Below, piece by piece: positions 29,321 to 40,702 of a DNA stretch of 64,000 bases (the stretch's first letter is position 1; every line of letters starts with the position of its first letter). The notes beneath the pieces are model-generated. The model saw only the letters and a program-made list of their open reading frames with translations, did no database searches and was not told the DNA's origin. The position numbers and the translations under genes are program-made. The DNA comes from Candidatus Levyibacteriota bacterium (GTDB lineage: Bacteria > Patescibacteriota > Microgenomatia > Levybacterales > UBA12049). The DNA lies in contig DAHWUP010000004.1 in NCBI GenBank assembly GCA_027334565.1, forward strand, positions 15,138 to 79,137, read 5' to 3'.

Positions 29321-29350
29321 ATTATAACGTCGGTTTGTTTAATTTGTCAA
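29321..29350 (-). promoter_or_regulatory. Sigma70 promoter for the HTH-LAGLIDADG/tRNA-Met unit
   Basis: Minus strand TTGACA (29350-29345), 18-nt spacer, TATAAT (29326-29321). Confidence 0.7.
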
Positions 29351-29399
29351 AGCTGTTTTCATTGCTTATTGTTCTTAATTTTGTTAAAATATCAATACA

Positions 29400-29662
29400 C
29401 GCGGGGTAGTGTACAGTGCACATGAGGCTTAATAATGGGCCGTTTTAATAGTAATATTAGAATAGAATCTGGCTATATCGGTGAACCCCTAGCGTTTAGG
29501 GTAACACCGAGGGAAGTCGAAATCTAAAATTGAGATCCCGTAGAGACTACACGCCAGACATCCTGAGTTTATCTAAGGATGATGATATAGTCCGACACTC
29601 TAGGTAACTGGAGAAACAGGAGGCATAATCTCATAGGCTAGGCGCAACTCCTAGCCCCGCAA
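29400..29662 (+). tRNA. Initiator tRNA-fMet(CAT) interrupted by an intron (exons 29400-29429 and 29624-29662)
   Basis: Spliced CGCGGGG...TGAGG-CT|CATAA-TCTCA...CTAGG-CGCAACT-CCTAG-CCCCGCAA; C1:A72 mismatch. Confidence 0.85.
29430..29623 (+). mobile_element. ORF-less group I intron (194 nt) inserted after U33 of tRNA-fMet
   Basis: Exon ends in U and pairs with GGGCC guide; R element AGAGACTAC; S element GATATAGTCC; terminal G. Confidence 0.88.
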
Positions 29663-29719
29663 CATCGAAAATTTAGCCTCAGATTTGACATTTTTCTTCG
29701 GTTTTCAGATGATTAGTTT

Positions 29720-30379
29720 ATGCTTGAAGAATTTAAATTAAAACACCCAGTAAGATATAAATATCTTTTTACTGTAACTACATTTTCAAAATACCTCGCT
29801 TTATCAATGTTTATTATTTTTCCTATTATTGGATTTTATTTGGGTATGAAATATCAAGAGCAATTATCTTCAAACAAACTGGTTGAAGCTCAAAATTCCA
29901 CAATTTATAAAGTTACTCCTACTTTATCACCAAATTTAATAACTCAAGACTGGCAAGTCTATATAAATAAAAGTTATAATTACACGTTTAAAGTTCCCAA
30001 AGATTGGATAATTAAAGGAGAAAGTAGTGACAACGTTATTTTTGTTAACTCTTCCGATATTAAATATTTTAATGATACTCAACAATTACCACATCTTAGT
30101 AAAGGAAATCAACTAGAGGTGGTCATAACTGCGGACAATTCTTACACACGCGCAGAACCAGTTGAGAGTTATTTTGTAAACCCCGGAAAGGAGATCTTGT
30201 TAGATGGAGAAAAAGGAATGTTATGGACGACCGATAAGGCATATAATTATCAAGGACAAATGGGTTATGAATTAAGAGTTTTTCACAAAGGAAATGGTTA
30301 CTTTATATATATGCTTAGTGCTTCTCCACAAGATTTACTTTTTAATCAAATTCTATCAACTTTTAAGTTTACAAATTAG
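29720..30379 (+). CDS. Membrane-anchored PsbP-like surface protein, AT-rich
   Basis: TM, then WQVYINKSYNYTFKVPKDW...FNQILSTFKF pattern. Confidence 0.7.
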   Translation: MLEEFKLKHPVRYKYLFTVTTFSKYLALSMFIIFPIIGFYLGMKYQEQLSSNKLVEAQNSTIYKVTPTLSPNLITQDWQVYINKSYNYTFKVPKDWIIKGESSDNVIFVNSSDIKYFNDTQQLPHLSKGNQLEVVITADNSYTRAEPVESYFVNPGKEILLDGEKGMLWTTDKAYNYQGQMGYELRVFHKGNGYFIYMLSASPQDLLFNQILSTFKFTN

Positions 30380-30442
30380 CATAAAAAGTTTTAACTTTGT
30401 CTATTATCTCCAGCCTTAAACCAGGTTATAATTTCTTCCAAT

Positions 30443-30452
30443 CCCCGCAACA
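30443..30452 (+). repeat. Direct repeat CCCCGCAACA of the tRNA-fMet 3' end (29655-29664); attR-like
   Basis: Exact 10-bp match in AT-rich surroundings. Confidence 0.55.
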
Positions 30453-30515
30453 AATTAAAAAATAGGTAAGCGACCGCTTCCGGCAGCTTACCACAAAACG
30501 TTTCAGATTAAAGTT

Positions 30516-30713
30516 TTACGCTTTTTCCGCTTTCCTTTCTTCCCAAACAACAACTCCAGATACATCATGTCCCAGCTCTTCCAACACAAGTTTTATACGT
30601 GGATCTTTTGAACTTTTAATGTCAGGTATAAACCTTGTGATTTGACTCAAATCGTAATCTATTCTTGGGACACCTTGCTCTACAGTCATTTGTACGCCTT
30701 GTTCTGCTGTCAA
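30516..30713 (-). CDS. Small hypothetical protein
   Basis: GGGGTGAG SD-like sequence upstream; internal repeat MTAEQGV/MTVEQGV. Confidence 0.4.
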   Translation of the reverse strand: MTAEQGVQMTVEQGVPRIDYDLSQITRFIPDIKSSKDPRIKLVLEELGHDVSGVVVWEERKAEKA

Positions 30714-30941
30714 TTAGCTCACCCCCTTTCCCATATAAAAAAAAGCCTTACGGCTCTTTATAATTAAAAGATAAATATTTTAAACGCCCTTTTCTAAAGA
30801 AAATCCAGGTTAACAACTTCATGCCCCCTGGAATCCCAGTTTACCGCCAAACAATTATAGTTGTCAATATTTGATTTGAAAACTCCGGTTAAGCACTCGA
30901 TTTAAGCTTGGTATACTCAAAAGCCGTAGTATAATAGCCAC

Positions 30942-31717
30942 ATGGATCAACCGATAGGTATCATTGACTCGGGCGTGGGAGGGTTGACAATTTCCAATGC
31001 AATAATCAAAGAGTTACCCCACGAATCAATCATTTATCTTGCCGATTCAAAAAATTGTCCGTATGGGGGTAAGTCTTCCCGACAGATTTTCCGCTTGACA
31101 GAAAAAATGGTCGAGTTCTTGCTTGCCAAAGACATAAAATTATTGGTAGTGGCCTGCAATACTATAACGGTCACGTCCATTGACAAATTAAGGGAGGTTT
31201 ATCCGCAAATTCCGATTATCGGTATCGTACCGGTAATTAAAACCGCGGCAAAAAAATCCAAAAATAAGAAAATCGGCGTTTTCTCAACCAAGGCAACCGC
31301 AAAAAGTAACTATCAAAAAAATTTAATTGATAAATATTTACAAGGTTACGAAGTAATAAACATTGGTTCTTCGGCTCTTGTTCCCCTGATTGAGAAGTTG
31401 GATTTTGAAAACGCGGAAAAGGTGCTTAAAAAGGAACTGACGGTTTTTAGGATCGCTCGGGTCGACACCCTGGCTTTGGGTTGTTCGCATTTTCCGCTGA
31501 TCAAAAAATTGATTCAAAAAAACTTGAAAAAAGTTACGGTCTTGGATTCATCCAGGGCAGTTACCAGGCAGGTTAAAAGGGTCTTATCAAACAACAAGAT
31601 TCTTTCAAAGTCGCAAAATCCAAGCTATAATTTTTATACGACGGCTAGGCCGGAAACACTCAATTTTTTCGTCAATAAATTGACAAAGCAGGGAAAAACT
31701 GAGAGAATTTCGCTTCG

Positions 31718-31721
<4 letters not shown>
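30942..31721 (+). CDS. murI: Glutamate racemase
   Basis: DSGVGGL, PYGGKS, ACNT, LGCSHFP. Confidence 0.95.
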
Positions 31722-34193
<2,472 letters not shown>

Positions 34194-34205
34194 TAAGATA
34201 AGTTT

Positions 34206-35207
34206 ATGAGTAAAGTTGTTTTTTCCGGAATTCAGCCCAGCGGAAATTTGCACATCGGAAATTATATCGGAGCAATTTCGCAATGGGTTAAATTGCAGGA
34301 TTTGACCGAGAGCATTTTTTGCATTGTCGATCTACATGCAATTACCGTGCCCCAAGACCCAAAAGTTTTAAGGGATAAAGTGCTGGAAGTGGCTGCTTTA
34401 TATCTTGCTTGCGGTATCGACCCTAAAAAATCTCATATCTTCATTCAGAGTGAAAATCCAAATCATTCGTATCTTGCGTGGGTTTTAAATACAATTGCGC
34501 CGTTTGGGCAATTGGAACGAATGACCCAATGGAAGGAAAAGTCTGTAAAACATGAAGAAAATGCGGGACTTTTTGACTATCCTGTTTTAATGGCCTCGGA
34601 CATTCTTTTGTACCAAACCGACGAGGTTCCGGTCGGAGAGGATCAGAAGCAGCATATCGAACTGACCAGGGACTTGGCTGAGAGATTCAACAAAAGGTTC
34701 GGAGAGACCTTTAAGCTTCCCGTTCCCGTCATTCAAAAAGAGACGGCAAGGATCATGAGTTTGCAAAATCCGGCGGCGAAGATGTCAAAATCGGACAACG
34801 ATCCTTTGGGAACCATTAATATTCTGGATACGGAAGAGCAAATAAGAGAAAAAGTCAAAAAAGCAGTAACTGACTCTGACCCCAGTGTTTTAAAAATGCA
34901 TGAACACATGAATTTTATGATGGAAGAGCATCAAGGAATAGGAAATCTACTAACTATTTACGCAGCCTTCAAAGGATATAATTTTCATGATGCATGGAAA
35001 GAAAATTCTGATAAATCTTACCAAGATTTCAAGGATGGCTTGGCAAATTTATTAATTTTTGAATTGGCAAAAATTCAAAAAAGATATAATGAAATAAGAA
35101 ATGGTGAAAAGGCTTTAAGAAAAATTTTGGATGAAGGAAGAAATTATGCATTGGAAAAATCTTCCGTTACTCTTCGAAAGGTTAAAGAAAAAGTCGGACT
35201 AATTTAA
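34206..35207 (+). CDS. trpS: Tryptophan-tRNA ligase
   Basis: SGIQPSG, HIGNY, VPVGEDQKQH, KMSKS. Confidence 0.97.
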   Translation: MSKVVFSGIQPSGNLHIGNYIGAISQWVKLQDLTESIFCIVDLHAITVPQDPKVLRDKVLEVAALYLACGIDPKKSHIFIQSENPNHSYLAWVLNTIAPFGQLERMTQWKEKSVKHEENAGLFDYPVLMASDILLYQTDEVPVGEDQKQHIELTRDLAERFNKRFGETFKLPVPVIQKETARIMSLQNPAAKMSKSDNDPLGTINILDTEEQIREKVKKAVTDSDPSVLKMHEHMNFMMEEHQGIGNLLTIYAAFKGYNFHDAWKENSDKSYQDFKDGLANLLIFELAKIQKRYNEIRNGEKALRKILDEGRNYALEKSSVTLRKVKEKVGLI

Positions 35208-35255
35208 TTCTACAATCTTTTATTTAGCTTCAAATTGTGTTATACTTTCCAAGTT

Positions 35256-37118
35256 ATGCCGGCCATTAAGAAACCCAAAAAAATAAAACAGTTTAAAGTC
35301 AAGATGAATTTTTCTTGGAAGAATCTCTTGATCTATGCCTTCCTGATCATATTTACCGGGTTTGTTTTTTTCGGTATAAGTAGCCCAAATGCAATAAATG
35401 CTCCTACTGTCAAAACGGTTCCCCTGTCACAGCTTATACGTGACGTTAAGGACGGTAAAGTATCTACCCTGAACGTCTATTCGGACAAAATTGACGCGGT
35501 GGAAAAATCCGTCACGCTTGAAAGCACTAAAGAAACCAACGCCGACGTCTATCAATTGTTCAAAAACGCCGGCGTTTCGCTTGGTAAAACCAACGTGGTG
35601 ATCAAAGATGACACGACCTTAAATAATTGGATCAGTCTGCTGTTCTCCTCGATATTGCCGATCATTTTGATGGTCGCCTTTTTCTGGTTTATCTTCAGGC
35701 AGGCAAGAGGCGCACAAGATAGCATTTTTTCTTTCGGCAAATCGTCGGCAAGGGTTTTCAACAAAGATAATCCCCAGGTCACGTTTACGGATGTCGCCGG
35801 GGTCGATGAAGCGAAGCAGGAACTGACCGAGGTGGTAGATTTCTTGAAAAACCCGGGAAAATACAAAGCTATGGGTGCAAGAACCCCCAAAGGGGTTTTA
35901 ATGGTAGGCCCTTCCGGTACGGGCAAAACACTTCTGGCAAGGGCGACTGCCGGGGAAGCCGGAGTGCCCTTTTTTTCCATGGCGGGAAGCGAATTCATGG
36001 AGATGCTGGTCGGCGTAGGTGCGTCGAGGGTCAGGGATTTGTTCCAAACGGCGAAAAAAGCTCAACCGGCAATAATTTTTATCGACGAAGTTGATGCCAT
36101 CGGAAGACAGCGCGGTGTAGGTTTTATGGGCGGGCACGACGAAAGAGAGCAAACCTTAAATCAGATCCTGGTGGAGATGGACGGTTTTTCTCCGACTGAA
36201 CAATTAGTTGTGATCGCGGCAACCAATCGTCCCGATGTATTGGACCCGGCGCTAATTAGGCCCGGAAGATTTGACAGGCGGGTAGTTTTGGAGCTTCCAG
36301 ATGTAAACGGTAGAAAAAATATTTTGGCGATCCATGCACGGGGTAAGCCTTTTGCCCAAAACGTAGACTGGGAAAAAGTTGCAAAGAGAACGGTCGGTTT
36401 CTCGGGAGCGGATTTGGAAAACATGTTGAACGAGGCTGCAATTTTAGCCGCGCGCTTGGGTAAAAAATCTATCGACATGTCCGATTTGGAAGAGGCGGCC
36501 ACTAAGGTAAAACTGGGCCCGGAGAAAAAACGTCTACAGTCCGAGGAAGACAGAAGAATGACCGCCTATCATGAAGCCGGACACGCACTGGTTTCCTGGT
36601 TTATGCCTCACATGGACCCGGTTCACCGCATCTCAATCGTTTCAAGAGGAATGTCTCTGGGACATACGATGATGGAGCCGATGGATAGGCTGCATGAGAC
36701 CAAGACTCATCTTCTTGAGCAGATTTCGGTGATGCTTGGAGGAAGAGCGGCGGAAAGTCTGATATTTAAAGAAATGACCACCGGAGCGTCGGATGATATC
36801 GCCAAAGCAACCGAAGTTGCCAGAACAATGGTAGTAGAGTATGGGATGAGCGATCTGGGACCGATAAACTTTGATACCCAATCACATATGCCTTATGAGC
36901 AGGTTACGATTTCTCCGGATATGGCCGCCAAGGTGGACGAACAGGTAAAAAAGATCACAGACGAGGCTTATAAAAATGCGATCGAGGTACTTAGAAAACT
37001 TAAGGAAAAACTCGATCTTTTGGCGGAAGAGTTATTGAAAAAAGAGACCATCGAGTCGGAGGAGTTCGAAAGAATAGTCGGCCCCAAAAAACCGGCACTT
37101 GCAACCGTAAGTGTATAA
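35256..37118 (+). CDS. ftsH: ATP-dependent zinc metalloprotease FtsH
   Basis: Two TMs, [21 protein letters not shown]. Confidence 0.97.
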   Translation: MPAIKKPKKIKQFKVKMNFSWKNLLIYAFLIIFTGFVFFGISSPNAINAPTVKTVPLSQLIRDVKDGKVSTLNVYSDKIDAVEKSVTLESTKETNADVYQLFKNAGVSLGKTNVVIKDDTTLNNWISLLFSSILPIILMVAFFWFIFRQARGAQDSIFSFGKSSARVFNKDNPQVTFTDVAGVDEAKQELTEVVDFLKNPGKYKAMGARTPKGVLMVGPSGTGKTLLARATAGEAGVPFFSMAGSEFMEMLVGVGASRVRDLFQTAKKAQPAIIFIDEVDAIGRQRGVGFMGGHDEREQTLNQILVEMDGFSPTEQLVVIAATNRPDVLDPALIRPGRFDRRVVLELPDVNGRKNILAIHARGKPFAQNVDWEKVAKRTVGFSGADLENMLNEAAILAARLGKKSIDMSDLEEAATKVKLGPEKKRLQSEEDRRMTAYHEAGHALVSWFMPHMDPVHRISIVSRGMSLGHTMMEPMDRLHETKTHLLEQISVMLGGRAAESLIFKEMTTGASDDIAKATEVARTMVVEYGMSDLGPINFDTQSHMPYEQVTISPDMAAKVDEQVKKITDEAYKNAIEVLRKLKEKLDLLAEELLKKETIESEEFERIVGPKKPALATVSV

Positions 37119-37133
37119 GATTATCATTAGCTT

Positions 37134-37772
37134 ATGGAGCCAAGAAAAAGCTTGACTTTTTCCAAGAAAGAGGCGATCAATTTCGGCTTCTACACGGTAA
37201 AAAATAATTTATTTTATTTTATCTCCCTTTTCGTAGTCGTATTGCTTGTCTATGCCGCGATGGGAATTCTTCAGGCTGTTTTTACGTTCGGACACAATTT
37301 TTTATTGCTTATAATTGTAGTCATTTTAAGGATAGCAGTTAGTCTTATCATTTCAATGGGATTGATAAAAATAACATTAGAATTCGTAGATAAGAAGAAA
37401 CCCCAATTGTCGGACCTTTTTTATACAAAATCACTGTTGAACTTCTTCCTGGTGAACCTTATTAAAGGTTTTATTGTTTTTATCGGTTTAATTTTGTTGG
37501 TTATCCCCGGAATAATCTTTTCGATAAAATTGCAGTTTGCGGAGTATCTGGTAATAGATAAAAATAAAAGCGTTGTTGACGCTTTAAACGGTTCATGGGA
37601 GATGACAAAAGGCGTTAAGTGGAACCTGTTTTTGTTCGGAATATTATTATTTTTGATAAATGTTTTGGGGTTTGTCCTTCTTTTGGTCGGTTTGCTTTTT
37701 ACGGTTCCTCTTACAATGGTTGCCGAAGCCTTTGTCTTCAGAAAGCTTCTTAGCCAATCAAGCCTCAAATAA
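37134..37772 (+). CDS. Integral membrane protein (DUF975-like)
   Basis: Multiple TMs; LLVIPGII, SWEMTKG. Confidence 0.7.
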   Translation: MEPRKSLTFSKKEAINFGFYTVKNNLFYFISLFVVVLLVYAAMGILQAVFTFGHNFLLLIIVVILRIAVSLIISMGLIKITLEFVDKKKPQLSDLFYTKSLLNFFLVNLIKGFIVFIGLILLVIPGIIFSIKLQFAEYLVIDKNKSVVDALNGSWEMTKGVKWNLFLFGILLFLINVLGFVLLLVGLLFTVPLTMVAEAFVFRKLLSQSSLK

Positions 37773-37786
37773 GCTATAATCAGCAT

Positions 37787-38713
37787 ATGAAGAAATTGGT
37801 TTTAATCGACGGAAATGCCATCATTCACCGTGCTTATCATGCGCTGCCGCCATTAAACGACAGAAAGGGTCAACCTACCAACGCTGTTTATGGATTTTTC
37901 TCGATGCTTTTTAAGATCATTCAGGATCTTCGCCCCGAGAATCTGATCGTCTGTTTTGATAAAAAGGCACCGACTTTTAGAAAACAAATGTATGTCGGAT
38001 ACCAGGCAAAAAGACCGAAAATGTCGGACGATCTGGTTCCTCAGATCGAGGTGGTACACCGGGTTTTGGATGCCGCCAAAATTGTCCATTTCGGGATTGA
38101 CGGCTACGAAGCGGACGATTTGATCGGAACCTTATCCAAACAAGGGGTTGAAGCTGGCATGGAAGTAATCATTGTCTCCGGCGACAGAGACTTGTTGCAA
38201 TTGGTTAACTCTCATGTTCTGATACTCGCTCCCGTTACCGGAATAACCAATATGACATTGTTTGACGAGAATAAAATTAAAGAAAAATACTCACTCACCC
38301 CTAAACAAATCATCGATTATAAAGCACTTGCCGGTGATTCTTCGGATAACTACCCGGGCGTTTCCGGAATCGGACCGAAAACCGCCTCCGATCTGTTGAA
38401 TGAATATCATGATCTTGAAAATTTATATGCCCATCTTTCAAAACTTCCAAACAATCTATCGGAAAAACTGGCAGAGGACGCCGAAGCCGCGGCATTGGCA
38501 AAGAAACTGGCGACTATTATCACGGATGCACCTTTATCGTTTAACGAAGAAGACTGTATGGTATCGAGGATCGACAGCACCGGTTTAAAGAAAGAATTTG
38601 AAAAGTTAAATTTTAACAGTCTTTTAAAAAGGCTTCCCCAACTTGAGCCGAAAACGGTTGTTGATAATAAATCGAAGGACAAAAAAAGCGATAACCAGAT
38701 GAGCTTGTTATGA
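37787..38713 (+). CDS. Stand-alone 5'-3' exonuclease (Pol I N-terminal/FEN domain)
   Basis: LIDGN, RAYHA, YEADD, SGDRD, GDSSDNYPGV.GIGPKTA; ends without a polymerase domain. Confidence 0.9.
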   Translation: MKKLVLIDGNAIIHRAYHALPPLNDRKGQPTNAVYGFFSMLFKIIQDLRPENLIVCFDKKAPTFRKQMYVGYQAKRPKMSDDLVPQIEVVHRVLDAAKIVHFGIDGYEADDLIGTLSKQGVEAGMEVIIVSGDRDLLQLVNSHVLILAPVTGITNMTLFDENKIKEKYSLTPKQIIDYKALAGDSSDNYPGVSGIGPKTASDLLNEYHDLENLYAHLSKLPNNLSEKLAEDAEAAALAKKLATIITDAPLSFNEEDCMVSRIDSTGLKKEFEKLNFNSLLKRLPQLEPKTVVDNKSKDKKSDNQMSLL

Positions 38714-39858
38714 CAAATGGCAAAGACGCGAGCCTGAAAATAGCCTTGGTACACGACTATATCAAAGAATTCGGAGGAGCGGAACGAGTTCTTAAAGCAC
38801 TAAGCGAGATATATCCCGATGCGCCGATTTATACCGCTTTTTGCGACAAGCGGTCGAGCGCCTACGAACAGTTTAAAAATAGGGAAATCATAACCTCCTG
38901 GTTTCAGTATTTGCCTTTTTACGCAAAACTTGCCAGTCCTTTAAGGTTTTTAACGCCTTTGATTTGGGGAAGCTTTGATTTTTCGAAATACGATATGGTT
39001 ATATCCTCGGCCAGTTGGTACATCACTAAAGGATTCGGTCGGAAGAATTCCGGGAGGAACAATCCGCTTGAAATTTGTTATTGTCATACTCCTCCCCGCT
39101 GGCTTTACGGATATCAAACGTCGGTCAATTTTAAAAAGCATTGGCCGGTCAGGATATATGCTTTAATTGTCGGACATTTCCTAAGATTGTATGATTTCCA
39201 AAGGGCACAAAAAGTGGATTATTTTATTGCCAACTCAAATGAAGTTTTACAAAGGATTAAGAAATTTTACCGAAGGGACGCAATTGTAATTTACCCACCG
39301 GTAAACGATATTTTTAAACCCCAAGATTCAAAAGTTAAACTTTCCAAAGATTACTATTTTATCGTCTCAAGGATCGTTGGAGCCAAAGGATTAGAGCTCG
39401 CGGTTGAAGCGGCCATAAAGCGTGGGTTCATACTAAAGATAGCCGGATCATCAGCGGGATACTATTCCATGCAGCAAAGCTTAGTTAAAAACGCACGGGG
39501 AAAAGTCGAGTTTTTGGGACAAGTCGGCGATAGGGAACTCGTAAAGTTATACCAAGGCGCAAAAGCTTTCCTCGCTTTGGCAAAAGAAGAGGATTTCGGC
39601 ATCACGCCTTTGGAGGCGCAAGCCTGCGGCACTCCTGTTATCGCTTTTAACGGTGGCGGATATAAAGAAAGTGTTGTTTCCAAAAAGACAGGGGTTCTTT
39701 TTGACGACTATTCGGTTTACGGATTGATAGAAGCGATTGAAAAATTTGAAAATTTAAAAATTAACAGCAGTGATTGTATTGAGCAAGCGAAAAAATTTTC
39801 AAAAATTAGGTTTAAAAAGGAAATAAAAGAATTTGTCGCGTCAAAGTCTAAGAATTAA
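38710..39858 (+). CDS. Glycosyltransferase family 4
   Basis: HDY..GGAERVL, YCHTPPR, EDFGITPLEAQACG. Confidence 0.9.
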   Translation: MTNGKDASLKIALVHDYIKEFGGAERVLKALSEIYPDAPIYTAFCDKRSSAYEQFKNREIITSWFQYLPFYAKLASPLRFLTPLIWGSFDFSKYDMVISSASWYITKGFGRKNSGRNNPLEICYCHTPPRWLYGYQTSVNFKKHWPVRIYALIVGHFLRLYDFQRAQKVDYFIANSNEVLQRIKKFYRRDAIVIYPPVNDIFKPQDSKVKLSKDYYFIVSRIVGAKGLELAVEAAIKRGFILKIAGSSAGYYSMQQSLVKNARGKVEFLGQVGDRELVKLYQGAKAFLALAKEEDFGITPLEAQACGTPVIAFNGGGYKESVVSKKTGVLFDDYSVYGLIEAIEKFENLKINSSDCIEQAKKFSKIRFKKEIKEFVASKSKN

Positions 39859-40659
39859 GAATGCCACAGAAAGTCCAGCCAAGACTATTGCGATAACAAT
39901 CGCCACATTGAAAATGATCCCTAATTGAATGATTTTTCCCGCCGCCGGATTTCTCCCCAACGCCTCGACCCCTTTGGCAGCGGTTCGGCCGAAGCTGAGG
40001 AAACCAAAGATAATCGATGCCAATACCACACCGGCTGCTACTATGTATTTAAAAATCGGAGATGGCCCCTGCTTGGTGGGAAGAATGGCAAACTTGAAGA
40101 TATCGGTCAACGACCCGGCCAGCGTCGGTTTGGCATTAAAATAATGAAGCTCAAGGTTTAAAGCAATTTTTCCGATATGGCTAGGATTAGGGTCGGTATA
40201 GTCATCCAGAGCCACACCCAAAACATAACCGTCCTTGGTAGCCTTGACACCTACACCGGGAATTGTCGAGGTGGTGATTTCGTCCCCTTTTTTGATTATT
40301 CCGTTTTGGGTTGAAACCAGAAGATAAACCCTGCCGACAGGAATAACCGGTACCCCGTTTTTGACGTCATTGGTGCTGAATATTATAGCCGCGTCTCTTG
40401 CGACCACCCCCAAGACTTGCGGGTCGTAGGGAATCGTGGATAAGACCACTCCTTGGGTGGAAGAAGAAACGATGCTACCGTCCTTAACATTGGGCTGGGC
40501 CAATTCTACCATTTGCGCTACTCCAAGGCTCGCGGCACCTTCGGTTGTGATTGAAAAGTTATTAAGGTTAGACTGTGCGAAACTGACCCCGGATTTTATT
40601 GAAAATAACCAGGCTAAAATTATTACCAGTGAAAATATGGTTTTTTTATTCAAAAACAT
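39841..40659 (-). CDS. Secreted/membrane protein with C-terminal hairpin resembling ATP synthase c subunit
   Basis: Signal peptide, beta domain, two C-terminal TMs joined by GVEALGRNPAA. Confidence 0.6.
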   Translation of the reverse strand: MFLNKKTIFSLVIILAWLFSIKSGVSFAQSNLNNFSITTEGAASLGVAQMVELAQPNVKDGSIVSSSTQGVVLSTIPYDPQVLGVVARDAAIIFSTNDVKNGVPVIPVGRVYLLVSTQNGIIKKGDEITTSTIPGVGVKATKDGYVLGVALDDYTDPNPSHIGKIALNLELHYFNAKPTLAGSLTDIFKFAILPTKQGPSPIFKYIVAAGVVLASIIFGFLSFGRTAAKGVEALGRNPAAGKIIQLGIIFNVAIVIAIVLAGLSVAFLILRL

Positions 40660-40702
40660 AGGTTCATCTGTAATTATAGAGGTTAGTAAGAGGGTTTCTC
40701 AA

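Noticed and set aside
34880-35207. AT-rich 3' part of trpS with odd MHEHMNFMMEEH segment
   Set aside because: Frame is intact and it falls in a variable region; no intron, intein or repeat boundaries seen.
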